Below are positions 36,626-50,149 of a DNA stretch of 64,000 bases, piece by piece. The stretch is taken from assembly GCA_038087875.1 (NCBI GenBank), contig CM075987.1, forward strand, positions 21,020,001 to 21,084,000, in the 5' to 3' direction. The translations under genes were made by a program, and so were the position numbers. Each line of letters begins with the position of its first letter. Position 1 is the first letter of the stretch. Source of the DNA: Malacoraja senta. Taxonomy: Eukaryota. The notes below the pieces were generated by a model. That model ran no database searches. It had not been told where the DNA came from and saw nothing but the letters and a program-made list of their open reading frames with translations.

Positions 36626-39329
36626 GACAGGAATTAGATGACAGGAACCTTGGTAGAATAAAAATGGTTAGGGTAGGTTAGTGTCAAAATTGGTGTTTGA
36701 TAGTCAGCTCAGACTCTGTGGGAAAAGGGGGCTTTTCCCCCGCTGTATCTCTGTGACTTTAGATTTTTTGCTCTTGGTGGGAAAATTCTAGGTCATGGTT
36801 TTTAAAAGGGATCACTCATATATGACATAGATAAGGAGTATTCATTTTCTCTGAGGGTCATAATTCTTTGGAACTCCCATCCTCAAAGGACAGCAGAAGC
36901 AAATTATTTGAATGTTTTATGCCAGAGAGAAATGGATGGTTGATAAACAGGTTGAATCGCAGCAGGTAGTTGAGAGTGCGATCAGACCAGCCAACCTTGC
37001 CTGAAACGGCACTGAAGGCTTGAGGGGCTGAATGGTCTACATCTGCTCCAAAATGTTTACTCTTGTGTGGTTGCCAGATAGATGGAGTAAGAATTTAAAT
37101 CTTAATGAAGTAAATGCAGGTTGATTGTCATTCAATACTTTCACAATTAATCTCTGTGCCTTCACTCTTACAATGCCATGTCACATTAGGATAGGGGTTT
37201 GCTGGTTGTTGTACAAGACACTTCCCTGATTCAACAACAATAACTAACATTTGTGAAGTTCCCTTAAACATCATAAAATGTCCGAAAGCATGACATTGGA
37301 AGATTATCAGACAAAATTTGACACTATACCATAAAAGGAAATACATGAGCATATGTATAACCAAAGGCATGACAAGGAGGTTTTACAGAGTATCTCTTTT
37401 TAAAGGAGGCAAACAAGACATTTTAGGGCTTAGTGACTAGACAGCTAACTTTCCAGCACAAATCCCTGTGGTACCACACCAGACAGAGCCTTCCAATCAA
37501 AATGACCCTCTCTGTTTCTATCCATGAACCAATCCTCAACCCACATCTCCATATTACCTCCCAATAGCATGCACTCCAATTTTATTTCATACTCTCTAGT
37601 GTGGTGTCGCAATATTATACTTTCCCTTTCCTTACCGATACCCTTTGCTGAATTCTGAGATTTTCCCATTGTTCTGGGTTTAGAGCTTTTCTTGAGAGGA
37701 AAAGTGAAGAAAATGGGAGGAGCCGAGAGGATAAGGAGAAAGAAGGCCCTCAGAGGCTTGTAGGCAGGAGGAAGAAGAAATAAGGTACATAAGGGTTTTT
37801 GGAGGTAGAAAATAAAGTGTGGCATAGAAGTTCACTGGTGGGGGCAAGAGCAAGGAGGGCTTAGGCCGCAAGGTTTTATCTGCACAGGAACAGAAATAAC
37901 ATCTTCCCTTGTCCGTAGCAGCGGTCCTGAAGCTCCTTATTTACTATTCCCTGCGGTTTTCTCAGAGGGAATCTTCTCCACTTAATGGACCCACAATTTC
38001 AGTTACATTAAACATCCTTAAAATCCTTTTTATGTTTCTCTGAACATCATACATTTTTCACCATAAACTATTTATCCATTCATCTGCTCATGTCTAAATG
38101 GAGTGAAATTGCATTTCTATTGGTGACTGAATAGAAGAACAGGAGTTGGCTATTCAGCCCATCGATTCTGCTTTACAATTGGATTAGATTGTGGCTGATC
38201 TTCAACTCCATCTTTACTACTTATCCCTTACTCAATAGAAATCTATTTTTAACACTCATTAGATTCAACGCTGCCTCAACCATCCCTGCCCCCTCACTCA
38301 TCACCACCACCTAATTCTTCTAAATTCATCACAGAATTATAACACGACTTCTGCCCCAACTTGTTCTAATAATTTCACTCTCTAAATCATTGCGCATTTC
38401 TTATGAATCTGGGGCACAAGCACTCTAACGTTAACCCATTCATGATTGTCGGACCATGAACTGAGCATGGTACTTTTAATGGAGTTTGATTAAGGTTCTG
38501 GTCAGTGGAACAGTTTACCTGGGAACATGATCTGTCCAAAGAGAAAAAAATGCCTCGGGAAATAAAAGAGCACCAGAGCCTACCTGCATACCCATGCTGC
38601 AGATAAGTTAAGAAGGCAACTTCCCATGGTTATATTGCTGGGTTAGTAAGGCATAACTGTCCAGACCACAACATTTAAATCTGTTTCCAAAAAATGTACA
38701 GATAATTTGCATTGTTAATGTAAAAGAAACCACAGACCTTTGAGAAACAGGTTTCCCATAGTTTTATGTAAGTGTGTGTGGTCCATTAAGCACAACTTAT
38801 TGAACCACAACTTTGTCTCACCTTCTCTATAAATCCCAATCCTTTCTCACTCCTGTGTTTACCTAACTTTCCGATAAAAGCATCTCAATTGCCTAATTTA
38901 TGATTCCATGTTGAGTGTTGGGTGCAAGTTGTCAAGCACTTTTATGTGCCGGTGTTACCATGGAGCCAATTGGGCTGAATGGCCTCTATGTCATTATAAG
39001 TGTACGATTATAAAGTATTCCATCTGGATTAAAACAGGACACCAGATTCACTGGTGTGGCTGACTCTTAATTACCCTCTGAAATGGTCCTGGGGTAATTA
39101 GGGATGAACAATCCCAACACAAATAAAACGTACATAATTTCCCCAAGATTTCATTTCACTGCTCGTCATTCTGAGATTAATGTAAACAGGCAGTTAAAGG
39201 TCAGCACTGAATTAATGGGCCTATTTACTTGCTGTGTCTCTCTGACATTAATGGTGCCTCGCTTCAGTGTCATCCGCAAACAGGTTTTAACATTTGGTTC
39301 AGTGGTCAATGCCCACAATGAAACAACAC

Positions 39330-39490
39330 TGCAGTTTTCAAGAGAGAGTTAGATTTAGCTTTGAGGGCTAAAGGAATCAAGGGATATGGGGAAAAAACAG
39401 GAACGGGGTACATTTTGGATGATCAGCGGTGCTGGCTCGAAGGGTTGAATAGCTTATTCCTGCACCTATTTTCTATGTTTATATGTTTCT
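39330..39490 (+). mobile_element. CR1 3' end
   Basis: ttttcaagagagagttagatttagct...cctgcacctattttctatgtt. Confidence 0.8.
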
Positions 39491-40466
39491 AAACACTGCT
39501 CCTTCCCCAAATCAGCAAATCCATAACATATCATGTCAAACCATCCACTCCACAAAAAAAAATGCATTTCTATACCACCAATACAGTGTAAAATATCAAA
39601 AGGTGGTTTACAGGAATGATAACAGAAATTCTGAGAGTTGAGGACAGAAAAGCAAAATGGTTTCGGCACAGAATGCCAAGGTTTCATGAAATGTCCAAGT
39701 TCTAACTGCAATATTAAACCAAGGCTGCAAAAGTAAAAGCAAACGCAGTCCTGCGGGACAAAATGGGAAACAGGAGTTGAGGTAAATGATGAGCCATAAC
39801 ATTACTAAATGGAGAAATAGCCTCGAGGGGCTGTATGGCCTTCTCCTACTCCTGTTCCTACTTCTTACATTCTTATCCTACATTAATGAATTCTGCCTCG
39901 TTGTTAATTGCAGAGTTTCATGATGGAAGTTGAGGGATTCTGTCAGGCATTAATAACATAAACCATTACACTAACTTTAAAACAGTAAGGTGGTGATAAA
40001 AAATTAACTACCTTAGACTGTCCTGGGAAATTACTGCTTGTGTGAATATCCTGTACTGCGTAATGGTGGCTGGATTACATAAAAGGAATACGACAGAAAT
40101 TTAGCAATGGGAATAAGAATTAGGATGAATTCAATTGATTATTGGATTAAGCAGCTTCAAACCCCATCTGTGCACCTGCCATTTAATTTGGCTGTAATTG
40201 AGAATTAAGAATTAGACTTGTGACCAATTCATCTGCAAAGCCTTTGAAGAATATGTTTGGGTGATGCAGAAAATGGTGGAGTGCGTTCTGCTATCTTAAT
40301 GCATTAAATGACGATTTATTTGTTGACTGCTATTTTTCTCTCTTTTAATTGCAATTGATCGGGAAAAGTTAAAGAAAGAGAAAGGCTTATATTTCCATGG
40401 CACCTTTCATGAAAATATAGTAAGAGGAACAGAGGCACTGACCATCCAGCCCGTTGAACCTGCTTT

Positions 40467-40690
40467 AGACAATAGACAATAGACAATAGGTGCAGGAATA
40501 GGCCATTCGGCCCTTCGAGCCAGCACCGCCATTGAATGTGATCATGGCTGATCATCCCCAATCAGTACCCCGTTCCTGCCTTCTCCCCATATCCCCTGAC
40601 TCCGCTATTTTTAAGAGCCCTATCTAGCTCTCTCTTGAAAGCATCCAGAGAACCGGCCTCCACCGCCCTCTGAGGCAGAGAATTCCACAT
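40467..40690 (-). mobile_element. Young CR1 3' end
   Basis: Near-identical to 36070-36295. Confidence 0.88.
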
Positions 40691-40979
40691 TCATAAACAC
40701 ATATGTGCACATTACTATCTCCAGATCTCTTGAATTCCTTTATCAGTCTGCGTTTTGAATGAACGCCACTGTCCTCTGTGATAAAGAATTCCAAAGATTC
40801 ACTGTTACCTGAGTGAAAATTATTCTCCTCACCTCAGTCTTTAATGACCTAGCCCTTATTTTCAAACTATGTTCGCTAATACTACATCCGCTGGTCATGT
40901 GAAATATCTTCCCTGCAGTTAGCCTGTCAAAACGTTAACAATTTTGTAAGCCTTGATGAGATCTCTTCTCAATTCTTTA

Positions 40980-42070
40980 GAAAAATAGGTGCAGGAGGAG
41001 GCCATTTGGCCCTTCAAGCCAGCAACGCCCTTCATTGTGATCATGGCTGATCATCCACAATCAGAAACCTGCGCCTGCCTTCTCCCCATATCCCTTGATT
41101 CTGCTAGCCCCAAGCTCTATCTAACTCTCTTTTAAATTCATCCAGTGAATTGGCCTCTACTGCCTTTTGTGGCAGAGAATTTCACAAATTCACAACTCTT
41201 TGGGTGAAAAAGTATTTTCTCATCTCAGTTTTAAATGGCCTCCCCTTTACTCCTAGACTGTGGCCCCTGGTTCTGGACTCCCCCAACTGGGAACATTTTT
41301 CCTGCATCTAGCTTGTCCAGTCCTTTTATAATTGTATACGTTTCAATATAAGATCTCCCCTCATCCTTCTAAATTCCAGTGAATACAAGCCCATTTTTTC
41401 CCAATCTTTCCTCATATGACAGTCCCGCCATCCCGGGGATTAACCTCGTGAACCTACGCTGCACTGCCTCAATAGCAAGGATGTCCTTCCTCAAATTAGG
41501 AGACCAAAACTGCACACAATACTCTGGACATGGTCTCACCAGGGCCCTGAACAACTCCAGAAGGACCTCTTTACTCCTATACTCAAATCCTCTCGTTATG
41601 AAGTCAAGTCAAGTCAAGTCAAGTCACATTTATTTATATAGCACATTTAAAAAACAACTCTCGTTGGCCAAAGTGCTTTACATTTGTTATAAGATTAGCA
41701 CAACAAAAACAAACTACATACATATGTACATGTAGCCCTCACTCAGAGGACGTCAGGAAAGGCATTTTCCTTTCCCAACATGAAGGCCAACATGCCATTG
41801 AAGGCCAACATGCCATTAGCTTTCTTCACTTCCTGCTGTACCTGCATGTTTACTTTCAGTGACTGGTGTCCAAGGACACCCAGGTCTCATTGCACTTCCC
41901 TTTTTCCTAATCTGACACCATTGATATAATAATCTGCCTCCTTGTTCTTGCCGCCAAAGTGGATAACCTCACATTATCTACATTCTACTGCATCTGCCAC
42001 GCATCTGCCCACTCACTCAGCCTGTCCAAGTCACCCTGCAACCTCCTAGCATCCTCTTCGCAGTTCACAC
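40980..42070 (-). mobile_element. CR1 3' fragment interrupted by an L2 3' end
   Basis: RALVRPCPEYCVQFWSPNLRKDILAIEAVQRRFTRLIPG. Confidence 0.88.
41601..41765 (-). mobile_element. L2 3' end with (GACTT)n tail, inserted in CR1
   Basis: (aagtc)5 acatttatttatatagcacatttaaaaacaac...ccaaagtgctttaca. Confidence 0.75.
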
Positions 42071-44319
42071 TGTTCACTTGTTTCACACTGTTCACTGTTC
42101 ACACTGTTCGCAGTTCACTTTAAACTCTGAAGGGGACAGTTGCTGTCAACTCAATCCAGCACCTTTGGAACCATACTGGTGAATCTATATTTCACTATCT
42201 CTATTGCAAGTATATTCTCAAGTATATCCTGCCTTGAGTATAGAGACCAAGTGCACAGTACTCCAGCTGTGTTCTCACCAAGGCCCTGTACAATCCCAGT
42301 AAGATTCCTCTATTCATATATTTAAATCCTCTTGCAAGAAAACTAACATAACATTTATCCTCTTAATTATTTGCTTCATCTGCATGTTATCCTTTAGTGA
42401 GTTCTATACCAGCACAAACAGGTTCCTTATCCTCAACACTACCTACTCTCTCAACATTTAATCATTTGATCTTCAGTTCTATGTGCAACCTCACATTTTT
42501 TCCACATTATATTCCCTTTGCAATGTTCTCATTCAGCTTGACCCGGGAGCCTTTTTAAAATCTCCACTGTACTCACAATTACATCTGGTTTAATATTGTC
42601 AGCAAATTTGCAAATATGACATTTGGTCTCCTTAGCCTTTTTGTTGATTTATATTTTGAGTAGCTTGGTTCGAAGCACCGATCCCTGTGATACAGAGAGC
42701 CAGCTGAGAATGATTTGTTTATTTCCATTCATTGGTTTCTGTGCAATAATCAATTTCAGTCCATATCAAAATGTTATGCCCAAACTCCATGTGCTCTGAT
42801 CTTGTTGATCCTGTGTGGAACCTTATTGAACACCCGCTGAAAAGACAAATACAGCCTAACCACTGATTGCCTCTTATCCTGCCGACTAATCACATCCTCA
42901 AAGAACTCCAGCAGATTAAACATGACTTTCCCTTCATAAATCCACATTGACTCTGCTCATACCTATCTATCACTCTTCTCATGCTGTTTTGTTATTATAT
43001 CCTTTATTATAGATGCCAACATTTCCCCTATCATTTACACAACGGGGCTCCTCATATTACTTTATGGGGAATTAATTACTTTAAAAATGTATTATAAAAA
43101 AGACAATAGATTAATTTGTGTAAAAACAAGTACTGGAAACGGGTTTACAAAAAAAGACACTAATTGCTGGAGTATCTCAGCGGATAGGTGATGTTTCAGG
43201 TCAGCACCCTTCTTTGGACTGATTGTGGGGGTGGATTCGGGGAGAAGCTGGAAGAGAAGAGGGGCAGGACAAAGTCTGGCGAGTAATATGTAGATACAGG
43301 TGAGGCGTTCTTTTTAATAGGCAGATGGTTAGACAAAGGCCGGGGATGAAAAGACAGAAGGTGTGAAACAAAAAGATCAAAGAGTTGGAAATTGTGAAGC
43401 TCGAGGAAGGAATGCAGGTAGAATGGGAGAGAAAGGGGGAAATATGTGTGTGTCAAGGTGGGGCACAAGGGAGAAAGGATGGGGGGAAGAAAGGGGGAGG
43501 GTGGAAGAAGGGCAGGAGGGTTTTGTACTTCCTAATATTGGAGAATTTAATGGTCATATGGTTGGGTTGTAAGCCACCATATATCTGGAATATAAGGTGC
43601 TGCTCCTCCAGTTTGTGTGTCTTTGTGTGGACTCACTCTAGCCATGGAGGAGGCCCAGGACATAAAGGACAGTATGGGAATGGGAAGCAGTTAAAATGGT
43701 TACCAACCAGTAGACCAGCAGGCCTTAGCAGACTGAGCACTAGTGTTCGGCAAAACAATCACTGAATCCTCGATTGGTCAGTCCGATGTACAGCAGGGCA
43801 CATCGGGAACACTGAAATAAGGGTAGAGGAGGTGCATGTGAACATCTGACTCACCTGAAAGGACTGCTGGGGTCTCTGGATGAAGGTGAGGGAGGAGGTA
43901 TAGGGACAGATATAACATCTCCTGGCTCTGCCATTGCAGGGGGAAGTACCCGGGGAGGGGATGGGTGGGAAGGATTTAGTGAACCAAGGAGTTGTGGAGG
44001 ATGTGAAGATGTCACTGGTGGTGAAGGAAATATTGAAGAATGATGTGTTATATGTAGAAGCTGGTGGGGTGAAAGACGAGGACCATCTCAGATGTCCTGG
44101 AATGGAAAGACTCATTTTGGGAGCAGATGTGGTTGAGACAGAGAAATTGAGAGTAGGAATGTGTCTTTGCAATAGGCAGGGTGGAGTTAATCCAGTTAAC
44201 TGTGGGAGTTGGTGGGTTTGTAGTAGATGTCAGTCGATAGTCTGTCACCTGCGATGGAGACAGTGAGATCAAGAAAGGGGAGAGAGGTGTCAGAGATAGT
44301 CCAAGTGAAGTCAGAGACA

Positions 44320-45375
44320 TAAAGTGATACCATGTGGAAACAGGCCCTCCGGCCCAACTTGCCCACACTAGCCAACATGTCCCAGCTACACTAGTCCCAC
44401 CTGCTCACATTTGGTCCATATCCCTCCAAATCTGCCATATCCATGTACCTGTCCAACTGCTTCTTAAATGGTGGGATAGTCCTTACCTCCTCTGGCAGTT
44501 TGTTCCATACATCCTCCATCCTTTGTGTGAAAAAGTTACCCCTCAGACTCCTATTAAATCTTTTCCCCTTCACCATAAACCTATGTCCTCTGGTCCTCGA
44601 TTCACCTACTCTGGGCAAGAGACTTGGTGCATCTACCCAATCTATTTCTCTCATGATGTTATTCACCTCAATAAGATAGAGTCCCTGCCCACGCAACCTC
44701 TGCCTAGACCTCAGATCCTCTAGCTCTGGCAACATCCTTGTAAATCATCTCTGTACCCTTTCCAGCTTGACAACATCTTTCCTATAACATGGTGCCCAGA
44801 ACTGAACACAATACTCTAAATGCAGCCTCACCAATGTCTTATACAACTGCAACATGACCTCCCAACTTCTATACTCAATAGGTACACAAAAATGCTGGAG
44901 AAACTCAGCGGGTGCAGCAGCATCTATGGAGCGAAGGAAATAGGGAACATTTCGGGCCGAAACCCTTCTTCAGACTGATAGGGGGTGGGGAGAAGAAAGG
45001 AAAAAAGGCGGAGGAGGAGCCCGAGGGCTGGGGGAGGGGAGGAGACAACCAGAAGGCTGATGAAGGGGAGGGGACAGCAAGGGCTAGCAGAATCCCAATT
45101 GCTGTACCTCCTCTGGCAGTTTGTTCCATACACCAACATGCCAAATGCCTTTTTGACCACCCTATCTACCTGTGACCCCACCTTCAATGAACCATTGCAC
45201 CTGCACTCCTAGATCCCTTTGCTCTACAACACTCCCCAGAGCCCTACAATTCACTGTTCACAATTCACAATTCCAATTCACAATCCAGAGCCCTACAATT
45301 CACTGTTCCAATTCACAATTTGAAGTGCATATAGGTCCTGCCCATGTTAGACTTCCCAAAATGCAACAGCTCACG
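44320..45375 (-). mobile_element. CR1 fragment inserted in the old PLE
   Basis: SRTRGHRFMVKGKRFNRSLRGNFFTQRMEDVWNKLPEEV. Confidence 0.82.
44880..45085 (-). mobile_element. Family A PLE 3' terminus inside a CR1 fragment
   Basis: ggtacacaaaaatgctggagaaactcagc...cccttcttcagact plus a purine-rich extension. Confidence 0.8.
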
Positions 45376-47749
45376 TTGAGGGCAAGGTGGAAATTAGTGG
45401 CGAAGTTAATGAAATCAACAAGATCTGCATGGGTGCAGGAGGCAGCCCCAATGCAGTCATTGGTGTAATGGAGAAAGAGTTGGGGATTGTGCCAGTGTAT
45501 GTCAGGACAAGGACTATTCAATGTAACCATCAAAACGTCAGTCATAACCGGGGCCCATGCAAGTGCCCACCTTTAACTCGAAGGAAGTAAGAGGACTTTT
45601 ACAGCAAACTCCTAAAAACAGTACTGTTATATTAATTGACCATCTGTTTTAGCTTGAGGGATAAATATTGGTCAGGACATGGGATCCTGACATGGAAGAT
45701 GGGGATTAACATTTTATCTGAAAAAAATATAGGGCAGTGATCCCTAAATAAAGGATGAGGGTATTAGTCTAGAATATGTGGTCAAGTCTCTGAAGTAGGG
45801 CTTTAACCTTCAGATACAGGTAAGTGTGCTACCCCACTGAGCCACATATGACCTTTAGATTTCACCTACTTTTTCTACTTACTTTACATACACCTGAAGA
45901 TCTGTCGTTGCATATTTGGAGTGCAGCATTTGGAGAATAACATTTGGACAATGACATTTTGGCCGTGGTGTTTAGGGAGAGGAGCTTGAGGTGTAATATT
46001 TGAACAGCGGCAATTGTAGAGTAGACTATTATGAAAAGATAGATCTCCAAGTAAGAATAGCCACAGTGTCTTGCATGAGTTAGTTATCTTATGATGGAAT
46101 GTTTCCACTTCAGGAATGAAACACATACGTTCTATAACTTTCCACACGGAAAGATGAAATATCTCCGCAGAACACAACTTTCTGTCAATAGCTCATGTCC
46201 TTTAAAGTGCCAGTTAAATCATAAATACAGGTGTGATCTTGAAACCAGTCAATATGATCCAACATGTTTACCTATCAGAGTTACAATCACATCTCAAGGT
46301 CATATCTAATTATGAACCAGGTATGCTGTTGTATGATAGCAGATGTTTGATAAATATTTTATGATGCTGAGTGTATTTCCCATCATTTTTTGTTTGAGAA
46401 ATGTTTGAATTGGTCTGGGATGAAATTTATAAAAGACAGCTTGAATTTTAATTATCTTCAGTCCCATACAAACTGTAAGTGGAAGGAAGCAAACTACTAA
46501 ATTCAATGTGTAGTATTTTCCATTTTATCAGGTGAGTTTCTTAAGCTTTCTTAATCAATGCATAAGCTATGTATAATAATCTTGCGTTTTATATTGCCTC
46601 TACATTGTGACTTGGTCGGTAGTTCTCTAATTATTGGATTAGAAAGCTGGGGATTTAATGGCTCCCTCAGAAGCTTAAGTGGATAGTTGTGCTCCACTCT
46701 TGTGCTGCGTTCCTTTATTTCCTTTTCACTTTTCAACGTGGAAAACCACCTGAAGGTGCTTCAAATAAACATCACAAGACATCAGTCAAGGGAGGTGTAT
46801 CCAAAAACATCAGAAGTTAGGACTTTTGAGGAAGGTTTTTAAAGGAGTGAAGGATATTGTATAGATACACACTCTGTAGCTGGATCGATTTAAATACATT
46901 CAACCATTATCTTTACTGGTACAGAATGATAAATAAACCTACAGCTGAAACAGTAAGCCTGAAAATATACTTACTGGTCCAATCTCTGCAGGTAAGAGCA
47001 CAAAGACATTGACTTTCCATTTAAAGATTTTTGCAGAGTCCTAACACTCTGCATGCTGCAAACCCTCTGGGTGTAATAAATGTGACAGCCAAATGAACAT
47101 TTGACTATCTTCTCTGCTTGTATATGTATAATTCTGACATTAATCAACACTGCCCGGTCCTCTGAATTAAATCTGCAATTCGTTCCTCTGAGAAAAAAAG
47201 CATTCTATATTCTGAAAGCATTCGGATCATTTCCAAAGACTGTACTCTGTGCAGTCACACATACATCAACCATGTAATGCCTTTGATGCATTTAAAGGGA
47301 AACCAGATCAACATCAGGGGGAAAGGACCAAAATAATATGCAGAAAGCATGGGATGAAGAGAAGTGCATGGTGGAGACATTGACTGGAGTGAGGTTTCAT
47401 TTCCCATGAGATCATCTGAATATTTCCAAGTCTCCCAAAGGGTCTGATCCAACCTTTTGCTTGATAATAATGGGAGAACTGTGCAAAATTGTGTTGCTAT
47501 GGAAATAATAGCAGAAAACGTGAAGGCCATTGCTGCCATGGCACAATTCCTCATTATTATTGCTTCCTTGTGGCTTAGAAGGTAGTACATAATTGTAATT
47601 TATTTCTGGGGTTATTTTCATCCTGATGTTAATGTTGGAAAATTAACATCAACACTTGTCTCCATGAAATTCTCCAAATTCACTGGTAGAAACAGTGTCC
47701 TCTCCCCCTACCCCATAAGGCCAACATCTCTGGCATAAATTATGTGAAA

Positions 47750-48042
47750 TCCCCTCAAGGTATGCCTACTTTGAAGATGGTCTCTTTCTGACAAGAATTC
47801 TGCAACACCCAATCTCCCTGCTCCCCCTCTGTGATCATCGTCCCCTTTCATCTGTGTTTTCACAAATTACGCTACCCTATCTCTATATTTCCCTCTCCCC
47901 CTCACTCACAATCTGAAGAAGGGTCTCGACCCGAAATGTCACCCATTCCTCCTCTCCAGAGATGCTGCCTGTCCCGTTGAATTACTCCAGCACTCTGTGT
48001 CTATCTTTGGTGTAAACCAGCATCTGCTGTTCCTTCCTACAC
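47750..48042 (+). mobile_element. Family B PLE 3' terminus
   Basis: Pyrimidine-rich leader, then ctgaagaagggtctcgacccgaaatgtc, then tail ...cagcatctgctgttccttcctacac. Confidence 0.8.
47910..47943 (+). ncRNA. Minimal type-I hammerhead ribozyme motif
   Basis: CUGAAGA-A-GGGU(CUCG)ACCC-GAAAUGUC-acc. Confidence 0.62.
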
Positions 48043-48792
48043 AAAATAATCCAAAGATGTTCTCAAAGTCTCACTGCAGCAATGTAACGTTTCCACTCAT
48101 TCCTGGAAATGTCTGACCCATGAACACTCAAAGTAGGAGCCAAAATGACAATATTGAGAACCTCGAGGCCTCTCATTGGGAGCACTTTGTGTGAGGTGAA
48201 AGGAACGATCACCCCACAAATTTCCCACCACGCTGCCATGCCAAGCACCCTCTGCCCATTGTGGGTCTGCAGTTCTCACCTCATTCGCCGCCTCAACACC
48301 CATTCAATTGGAGTGGAAGTAAATCAATCCCCCACCCCCAGAGGCTGCCGAAGAAGAAGGTATTTCCATCAACTTTTGAAAAGTTGACTAACCGAGAACT
48401 CAGTCATTAAGTTCACAATGGCTTTAAAAATGACAACAGACACAGGCTGCACCCAGCACTTTGTGTCCTTTTTTTTTTGTAAACCAGCATCTGCAGTTCA
48501 TTGTGTCTTTAAAATGACAAATTTTAAGTCACCAGCCCACCGAAACGGAAGGGTAGAAATTGAACCTCGGTCACCAGCACTGAACATGGAGCTGGAGCAC
48601 AACGATGGCATTCCCGCTTCCTATGTGCGAGCACCCGCAGTGAACAGTGCGTTTAGCTCAAGTCACCAAATCTCCATTCCAAAAACTTTTACATTGGCCG
48701 ATGGAGTACATGCTGCGGAGAATTGGTTTTTTTTTTAAATCACAAATAATACTGAAGAAAAAAAATGAAATCATATTCCTGAGGCGTAATTT

Positions 48793-48889
48793 CAACGTGT
48801 GTGACTCTGAACAATTCCACAATGTGTGTGACTGAACAATTCCACAATGTGTGTGACTGAACAATTCCACAACGTGTGTGACTCTGAAC
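48793..48889. repeat. Minisatellite, 25-27-bp unit, ~3.7 copies
   Basis: (caa[c/t]gtgtgtgact[ct]gaacaattcca)n. Confidence 0.93.
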
Positions 48890-48989
48890 TGCTCCCCTGA
48901 AATGTCGCGGCAAGTCTCTGCTTGGCAGATGCACAATGGTCTGAAATCCACATCCCGCCTCGCAAACTACACACTCTTCCCCACCCCCA

Positions 48990-49026
48990 ACACACACACA
49001 CACACAACACACACACACACACACAC
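48990..49026. repeat. (CA)n microsatellite
   Basis: Read directly. Confidence 0.95.
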
Positions 49027-49953
49027 GGCTAGCTTTTCGAGGCAAAAACAGAAAGGTCAATAAATGCTGGTCTTGTCAGAAACTCCTCATCCGAGATTTT
49101 AAACAATTGCGTGCTGTGAATTAATGAACAGCCCGCTTTAATAATTAACCCTGCACCATGGTTCCTCGGAGCGGTGAGCACCTTGTAGACCCTTGCAGAA
49201 CGGTGTGACTGTGTGGCAGACGTGTTTCTGACACAGTTCATGCGAAGCAGATGAGACTGTTTGAGGATTGTACCCGACTTAAACATCCCTAACTAGCAGT
49301 GCATTAACAAGGAGACGAGGCTGTGGTCTCGGTCACATCTGCTGCCCTGGGGGTTGCTTGGGACTGAGTTGTGCACAGAGGCAGCAGCAGCAACAGCGAG
49401 GTACCTGCAGACGTGAAGCATAACATGGGACCAGTGACAGATGACGCGATTAGGGTCGGTTCCAACAATCCCTTCTCCCCGATACCTTCGCTGCCAGATT
49501 CACACTGGAGGTTGTGGCTGTCAGCGGGCAGCTGCTGATCGCGCCCTGTGTCAGCTTCCACACCCACCCACACAACAAACCTCTCTTTAATACCGATGCA
49601 GACGAAATGAGCCGCTGAGAGGAAGACTTGCGTCGGAACACCGAGGCTCCGAAACCTTCCATCAGATCAAACTACTTGGAAAAGCAAGAAAGTGGACATT
49701 TTATATTGGGGTTTCTGACCTCTGGAAGACATCCTCACAAACTAAAAAACTGTCTCTCCACTCAGAATACACACAGAAGACCGTTATCTCTGAGAGTTTA
49801 AATCATCTTTAAAATCCCTCTTTATAACCCTACTCGCGATCTGCCTTTCAACCACTCTCTCTCTCTCTGTATATCCCTGCCTCTCCACGTTTACTTGTAT
49901 CTCTAACCGTCTTTCCCTAAACAATTATCCCTCCTCCAGCCCCCCCCCTTACC

Positions 49954-49955
<2 letters not shown>

Positions 49956-50026
<71 letters not shown>

Positions 50027-50038
50027 CCCCCCCCCCCC
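49956..50038. repeat. (CT)n microsatellite plus poly-C just upstream of the FIBCD1 start codon
   Basis: About 34 CT units followed by a C run. Confidence 0.95.
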
Positions 50039-50149
50039 TCCCTTGCTATCTCGATCTTTTATTCTGAGCAGTAGAACCGGTGTCGAGTCAGGGATGGAAA
50101 ACAACACAAGATTCCTGAAGAATTAGACACAGCCCCGGATGACTCCGGC

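Larger units (their letters stand above)
43110..45585 (-). mobile_element. Older degenerate Penelope-like element interrupted by a CR1 fragment (~44320-45375)
   Basis: Minus-strand RT remnants (PQLFLHYTNDCIGAASC; FTWTISDTSLPFLDLTVSIAGDRLSTDIYYKPT), Cys linker PGTSPCNG..RCYICPY, a degenerate GIY-YIG region, and a terminal repeat near 43110-43220. Confidence 0.82.

Noticed and set aside
48793..48889. CRISPR-like array
   Set aside because: Units are contiguous with no unique spacers, there are no cas genes, and the context is vertebrate; it is a minisatellite.
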